Assembly (NCBI GenBank): GCA_018263115.1
Contig: JADFDC010000007.1
Span: forward strand, 36,638 to 100,637
DNA: 64,000 nucleotides
Origin: Thiobacillus sp.
GTDB lineage: Bacteria > Pseudomonadota > Gammaproteobacteria > Burkholderiales > Thiobacillaceae
Reading direction: 5' to 3'
Positions within the stretch are counted from its first letter, which is position 1. Each line of letters begins with the position of its first letter. Positions 59,614 through 64,000 of the stretch are shown here, piece after piece. Both the position numbers and the translations under genes were made by a program. The notes beneath the pieces were generated by a model. That model saw only the letters and a program-made list of their open reading frames with translations, did not search any database and was not told the DNA's origin.

Positions 59614-61002
59614 TCAGAACGGCAGTGTCAGCCCGCTTGCCTGTTCCTGCAACACCCGCCTGAAATCATCCTGGATACGCTTGATGGCAGCCTCGCTATC
59701 TGCCTCGAAGCGCAGCACGATCACCGGCGTGGTGTTGGAGGGGCGGGCGAGGCCAAAGCCGTCGGCGTATTCGACGCGCAGGCCATCCAGGGTGATGACT
59801 TCCTTCGCATCGGGAAACTTCGCGGTCTTTTGCAGCTTTTCCATCAGGGCATAATGCTCGCCTTCGGCCATCTTGATTTGCAGCTCGGGCGTGTTGACGG
59901 TGTCGGGCAGGCTTTTCAGTGTGGCATTGGGGTCGGCCTGCTTGCTCAGGTATTCCAGCATGCGCGCGCCGGCATACAGCCCGTCGTCGAAGCCGTACCA
60001 GCGTTCCTTGAAGAAGATGTGGCCGGACATTTCGCCCGCCAGCAGCGCCCCGCTTTCTTTCATCTTGGCCTTGATGAAACTGTGGCCGGTTTTCCACAGC
60101 GTGGGCCTGCCGCCGCGCGCGCGTATCCAGTCGAACAGATTGCGCGTGGATTTCACGTCGAAAATGATTTCCGCACCGGGATTGCGCGACAGCACGTCAT
60201 CGGCGAACAGCATTAATTGCCGGTCGGGGAAGATGATGGTGCCATCCTTGGTGACCACGCCCAGGCGGTCGCCGTCGCCATCGAAAGCGAAACCCAGTTC
60301 GGCATCGGAAGTCTTCAGGCGCGCGATCAGGTCCTTCAGATTGTGCGGCACGGAAGGATCAGGATGGTGATTGGGGAAGGTGCCATCCACGTCGCAATAC
60401 ATTTCCTCCACCGTGCAGCCCAGGCGTCGATAGAGCTCGGGCGCGAAGGCGCCGGGCACGCCGTTGCCGCAGTCGACGATGATCTTCATCGGCCGCGCGA
60501 GCTTGATGTCGCCTGCAATGCGGCTCAGATACGAAGGCGCGATGTCGTGGGTTTTGTAGCTGCCATTGCCACTCGTCAGATTGTTCTGTTCGAGGCGGAT
60601 GCGCAGTTGCTGGATGGTGTCGCCCGACAGCGTCTCGCCGCCCAGCACCATTTTCAGGCCGTTGTAATCCGGCGGGTTGTGCGAGCCGGTGACCATAACG
60701 GCGGAATTTGTTTTTAACTCGTACGCCGCGAAGTAGGTCATGGGCGTGGCGACCATGCCCAGGTCGATGACGTCGATGCCTGCTTTCTGAATGCCTCGCG
60801 CCAGTGCTTGCGAAAGCTCCGGGCCGGACAGCCGTCCGTCGCGGCCGATGCAAATGGCCGTCTGCTTGCGCGCAGCCGCTTCCGAACCAATGGCCTGGCC
60901 GATGGCCTCGACAATTTCAGGCGTGAGCGTTTTGCCGACGATGCCGCGAATGTCGTAGGCCTTGAAGATTTCCTTGGGTAAATTCATTTTTTGCTCGATC
61001 AA
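59614..61002 (-). CDS. phosphomannomutase/phosphoglucomutase
   Basis: FKAYDIRG, active-site TGSHNPPDYNG, metal loop FDGDGDR, sugar loop GEMSGH. The alternative start MNLPKE is 15 nt downstream. Confidence 0.92.
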   Translation of the reverse strand: MIEQKMNLPKEIFKAYDIRGIVGKTLTPEIVEAIGQAIGSEAAARKQTAICIGRDGRLSGPELSQALARGIQKAGIDVIDLGMVATPMTYFAAYELKTNSAVMVTGSHNPPDYNGLKMVLGGETLSGDTIQQLRIRLEQNNLTSGNGSYKTHDIAPSYLSRIAGDIKLARPMKIIVDCGNGVPGAFAPELYRRLGCTVEEMYCDVDGTFPNHHPDPSVPHNLKDLIARLKTSDAELGFAFDGDGDRLGVVTKDGTIIFPDRQLMLFADDVLSRNPGAEIIFDVKSTRNLFDWIRARGGRPTLWKTGHSFIKAKMKESGALLAGEMSGHIFFKERWYGFDDGLYAGARMLEYLSKQADPNATLKSLPDTVNTPELQIKMAEGEHYALMEKLQKTAKFPDAKEVITLDGLRVEYADGFGLARPSNTTPVIVLRFEADSEAAIKRIQDDFRRVLQEQASGLTLPF

Positions 61003-61030
61003 TCATGTGACGGCCTGATTATATCGGCGT

Positions 61031-62065
61031 TTATTCAATGTTGACCGAATCAAAAAATTCCAGAATGCGTCCGGGCAGCCAGTCGATGTTGCCGGGGAAG
61101 GGTCCGCCGGGAAACGCGACATGGCCGCCTTCGTCAGGCTGTTCCAGCGTGACGCTAGACGAAACCTCGCCCTGCGCGGGCAGGGCGGAAGCTGGCAGGA
61201 AGGGATCGTTTTTCGCGTTGATCACCAGCGTGGGAAGGGCGATGTTTTTCAGCCCGGGCTTGCTGGAGGTGCGCGTCCAGTAATCCTCCGCATCCTTGTA
61301 GCCATGCAGTTTCGCGGTTACCAGCGTGTCATATTCCTGAAAGGTGGTGCTGGCTTCGATGGCCGCCGAATCGAGCAGGCCGGGAAAGCGTCCAGCCTTG
61401 TCCAGCGCCTTCTTCTTCAGGGTGTGGAGAAAGCGCGCCGTATAGGTGGCGCGGTTGAAGCCGCTATCCAGCGCATGGCCTGCGGCATTCATGTCCAGCG
61501 GCGCGGAAACGCCTGCCGCTGCCCTGACCAGCATTTTGGCATCTGTTCCGGCATCGCCCAGCCACTTGAGCAGGGCATTGCCGCCGAGCGACACGCCCAC
61601 GGTATAAACCGGCGCATCCGGGAAAGCGGATTTGACGCGGCGCAGCATGGCCTCGATTTCCGCCGCGTCGCCGGCGAAATAGGCGCGCGGCAGTCGGTTG
61701 GGCTCGCCCGAGCAGCCGCGAAAGTGCGGCACCACGCCACGCCATCCGCGCTTCTTGAGCGCGCTCATCAGATCGCGCGCGTAAAAACTTTGCGAACTGC
61801 CTTCCAGCCCGTGGAAAAGCACTACGACAGGCGCGCCGGGCCTTTCGGCATCGAGCCAGTCGGCATCGACAAAATCGCCATCCGGCCATTCCCAGCGCTC
61901 GCGACGATACGTGATGTCCGGCCCGCGCAGAAACGCGGCGGTATACAGCGTTTGCAGATTGCCGCCCGGCAGCCAGGGTGGCGCGGCGTAGGGTTCAACA
62001 GCCGAGGCAGACATGGCCCAGAGCATGAACGGGAACAGCCATCCCTTGCAAGCGTGCAGGCTCAT
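61031..62065 (-). CDS. alpha/beta hydrolase (YheT-like)
   Basis: HGLEGS, nucleophile elbow GVSLGGN, conserved D and H near the C-terminus. The start overlaps the stop of the upstream cupin gene (ATGA). Confidence 0.8.
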   Translation of the reverse strand: MSLHACKGWLFPFMLWAMSASAVEPYAAPPWLPGGNLQTLYTAAFLRGPDITYRRERWEWPDGDFVDADWLDAERPGAPVVVLFHGLEGSSQSFYARDLMSALKKRGWRGVVPHFRGCSGEPNRLPRAYFAGDAAEIEAMLRRVKSAFPDAPVYTVGVSLGGNALLKWLGDAGTDAKMLVRAAAGVSAPLDMNAAGHALDSGFNRATYTARFLHTLKKKALDKAGRFPGLLDSAAIEASTTFQEYDTLVTAKLHGYKDAEDYWTRTSSKPGLKNIALPTLVINAKNDPFLPASALPAQGEVSSSVTLEQPDEGGHVAFPGGPFPGNIDWLPGRILEFFDSVNIE

Positions 62066-62523
62066 GGCCGGGTGGACTGCTCAGACGCCCCGCGAATGAA
62101 CAGCAGGCAGCCTTTCTCGCTAGTCACCCAGCCATGCGGCTTGCCCTTCGGCGCCATGTGGTAATCGCCGGCCAGGCACAGCACGCCGTTGATGGTGGCA
62201 TCGCCTTCCAGCACCAGCGATTCTTCTTCCAGCGCATGTTCGTGCGGCGGCAGCTTGCTGCCGGGTTTCATGCGGATCAGGAACGAACGGCTGGCATCGT
62301 CCTGGCGCAGCAGCTTGAGTTCGACCCCGCGCAACAGCGTGACCCATTCGCCCTGATGGCTGTGCACGAACAGATAATCCGGCGCGGGCGCATGCACGCG
62401 CTGGAACAGTTTCTCGCGCATGCGCGCCGCAACCTGGGCATCCGGCGTGGTGGCCGCTGATGCCGATGCGAGTGCTTCCAGCAGTTCGGCATCAAGCGGA
62501 GAGGGTGGATTTTTTTCGTTCAT
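62062..62523 (-). CDS. ChrR-like cupin protein (putative anti-sigma partner lacking a zinc-binding anti-sigma domain)
   Basis: Cupin core G..LP.H.H...E...VLEG ... GDY...P.G..H. It lies 10 nt downstream of the ECF sigma gene. There is no HxxxCxxC in its short N-terminus. Confidence 0.6.
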   Translation of the reverse strand: MNEKNPPSPLDAELLEALASASAATTPDAQVAARMREKLFQRVHAPAPDYLFVHSHQGEWVTLLRGVELKLLRQDDASRSFLIRMKPGSKLPPHEHALEEESLVLEGDATINGVLCLAGDYHMAPKGKPHGWVTSEKGCLLFIRGASEQSTRP

Positions 62524-62533
62524 GGTGGCGTCC

Positions 62534-63163
62534 TCATGCCTGATAAAGCGCGCGTCGCAAATGTTCCTGCGCGCGCTTGAGATGCGATTTCACCGTACCC
62601 AGCGGCAAGCCGGTCTGTTCGCTGATTTCCTGGTGCGACAAATCCCGGTAAAACGCCAGCGCCAGCATCTGGCGCTGCACGGGGGTCAAGCCGGTCAGCG
62701 CATGGTTCAACGCGCTGGATTGTTCAAGCGCCAGCAATTGTTCGAGCGGCGTGCCTTCGGGGCAGGCTTCACCTTCGATCAGCACTTCGGGGGCGGGCGA
62801 GTAGGCAAGCGGTTCGAGTCTGCGCAGCGCGTCCAGCGCGCGGCTTCGCGTCATCATCATCAGCCAGGCAAGCGGCTGGCCGCGCCGGTCATCGTAGCGC
62901 ACGGCTTCGCGCCAGCATTGCCAGAATGTTTCCACGCACACTTCCTCGGTCAGGTCGCGGCGCCCGGTAATCCGCAGCGCCAGCCCGTAAACGCGAGACA
63001 GGGTCATGTCGTAAAAGCGGCCCAGCGCGGCTTCGTCGCCCGATGCCATGCGCTGGATCAGGCTGGTCAAAAGTACGCTCTGCGAGTCCTGCGGCTCGGC
63101 GGCATCCCTGTTCATGGCGCCGAGTATAACGTCCCGGTCAGACAGATTCAGAGGTGGGTTCAT
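62534..63163 (-). CDS. ECF-type RNA polymerase sigma factor
   Basis: Region 2 (F...Y......L.LRITG....EEV..ETF...W) and region 4 (L..L...QR..L.LAFY...S..EI...TG.PLGTVKS.L.RA). Confidence 0.9.
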   Translation of the reverse strand: MNPPLNLSDRDVILGAMNRDAAEPQDSQSVLLTSLIQRMASGDEAALGRFYDMTLSRVYGLALRITGRRDLTEEVCVETFWQCWREAVRYDDRRGQPLAWLMMMTRSRALDALRRLEPLAYSPAPEVLIEGEACPEGTPLEQLLALEQSSALNHALTGLTPVQRQMLALAFYRDLSHQEISEQTGLPLGTVKSHLKRAQEHLRRALYQA

Positions 63164-63210
63164 CGCGGTTCCTTGTCACCATGTATTCGCTATACGCACA
63201 CATGGCCAAA

Positions 63211-63228
63211 CTGGATGCATGCATCCAG
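63211..63228. promoter_or_regulatory. perfect 18-bp palindrome in the divergent ECF-sigma / globin intergenic region
   Basis: CTGGATGCATGCATCCAG read directly from the sequence. It lies 48 nt upstream of the sigma start and 62 nt upstream of the globin start. Confidence 0.4.
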
Positions 63229-63289
63229 ATGACGGCCAGCCCGCGTAAAGGAAGCGGGAATGATCCCTGTCCAATTCAAGGAGCTCAAC

Positions 63290-63733
63290 ATGAATACCAA
63301 TGTCCTGCGCGGATTGTCGATCCTGTCGTTCGCGGCCCTGCTGACCGCCTGTTCCGGCATGCAGAGCGCGCCCGCGCAAAAATCCCTGTACGACCGGCTG
63401 GGCGGCAAGCCCGCCATCCAGGCCGTGGTCGATGATTTCATCGGCAACGTGGCAGCCGACAAGCGCATCAACGGATTTTTTGCCAGCACCAACATCCCGC
63501 GTCTGAATTCCATGCTGGTCAACCAGATTTGCGAAGCCACCGGTGGGCCGTGCAAATACACCGGCCGCGACATGAAGTCCGCGCACACCGGCATGGGCGT
63601 GACCGATGCGCACTTCAACGCGCTGGTCGAAGACCTGGTGAAGTCGCTCAACAAATTCAATGTGCCCGAAAAGGAAAAGGGCGAATTGCTGACCGCACTG
63701 GCATCGATGAAGGGCGACATTGTCGGACGTTGA
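63290..63733 (+). CDS. group 1 truncated hemoglobin-like protein with lipoprotein signal peptide
   Basis: AAGGAG Shine-Dalgarno sequence before ATG 63290, lipobox LLTAC, and trHbN pattern [16 protein letters not shown]...V..D ... [19 protein letters not shown]. Confidence 0.8.
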   Translation: MNTNVLRGLSILSFAALLTACSGMQSAPAQKSLYDRLGGKPAIQAVVDDFIGNVAADKRINGFFASTNIPRLNSMLVNQICEATGGPCKYTGRDMKSAHTGMGVTDAHFNALVEDLVKSLNKFNVPEKEKGELLTALASMKGDIVGR

Positions 63734-63743
63734 GGAACGCGGC

Positions 63744-64000
63744 ATGAAATTCCAGCTCGTCAGCGAATGGCATCTGGCCGCGCCGCCCGAGGCGGTGTGG
63801 GCGGTGCTTGAAGCGCCCGAGGAATGGCCGCGCTGGTGGCCGGAAATCCGCCGCGTGCAACTGCTGCAGGCGGGCGGCAATGATGACGAAGGCGCCGTGC
63901 GCCGCACCTGGTGGACCAGCCGTCTGCCCTACGGATTCGTCATCGACTTCACCACGCGCGCGTCTGAAAAGCCACGCATGCTGGCGGTCGAGGCGGACGG
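63744..64000 (+). CDS. SRPBCC (polyketide cyclase/dehydrase-like) family protein, N-terminal part (3' end outside window)
   Basis: The frame is open from ATG 63744 to the window end. MKFQLVSEWHLAAPPEAVWAVLEAPEEWPRWWP is a typical SRPBCC N-terminus. Confidence 0.6.
   Translation, partial: MKFQLVSEWHLAAPPEAVWAVLEAPEEWPRWWPEIRRVQLLQAGGNDDEGAVRRTWWTSRLPYGFVIDFTTRASEKPRMLAVEAD

Overview
This 64-kb window looks like a core chromosomal segment of a moderately GC-rich Gram-negative bacterium. Gene content and order look betaproteobacterial, but that is an inference made without any database search. About 75 protein genes and 2 tRNAs are supported. I found no rRNA, CRISPR array, transposase, integrase or reverse transcriptase.

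Housekeeping blocks, left to right:
- gpmI(partial)-envC-ctp, then moeB convergent with slmA.
- tRNA(CAU)-rpoD-dnaG-yqeY-rpsU (macromolecular synthesis operon), divergent from tsaD.
- A pseudouridine synthase, then ypfJ-yjgR and mak.
- yebC-ruvC-(UbiA prenyltransferase)-ruvA-ruvB.
- ybgC-tolQRAB-pal-cpoB-queE-queC, then yeeE-like and tlpA-like genes.
- tRNA-Lys, an orphan type IV pilin, and recX-recA.
- A WYL regulator, then cinA/pncC-pgpA-thiL-nusB-ribH-ribBA-ribE-(methyltransferase)-ribD-nrdR-glyA.
- A K+ channel and a split TRAP transporter (dctP ... dctQM).
- tesA, pmbA/yjgA, a 1205-aa DUF748/AsmA-like protein, mog, corA and a GGDEF-EAL protein.
- PMM/PGM, then an ECF sigma operon divergent from a lipoprotein truncated globin.

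Observations most worth a second look:
1. An HTH-WYL regulator sits divergently against recA. The shared promoter region has no canonical LexA box but carries two other dyads.
2. A ~237-bp MITE-like element with terminal inverted repeats and TAA duplications is present in two diverged copies. One copy sits exactly in a former ruvB-stop/ybgC-start overlap.
3. An in-frame, purely synonymous duplicate of the last 23 codons of an unknown gene lies 84 nt after its stop codon.
4. There are two AT-richer islets of unknown genes: a HEPN-like orphan, and a two-gene module with its own promoter and operator-like dyad.
5. Several structured REP-like intergenic elements are present.

All functional calls come from reading the translated ORFs by eye. 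No homology search, covariance model or GC computation was run.
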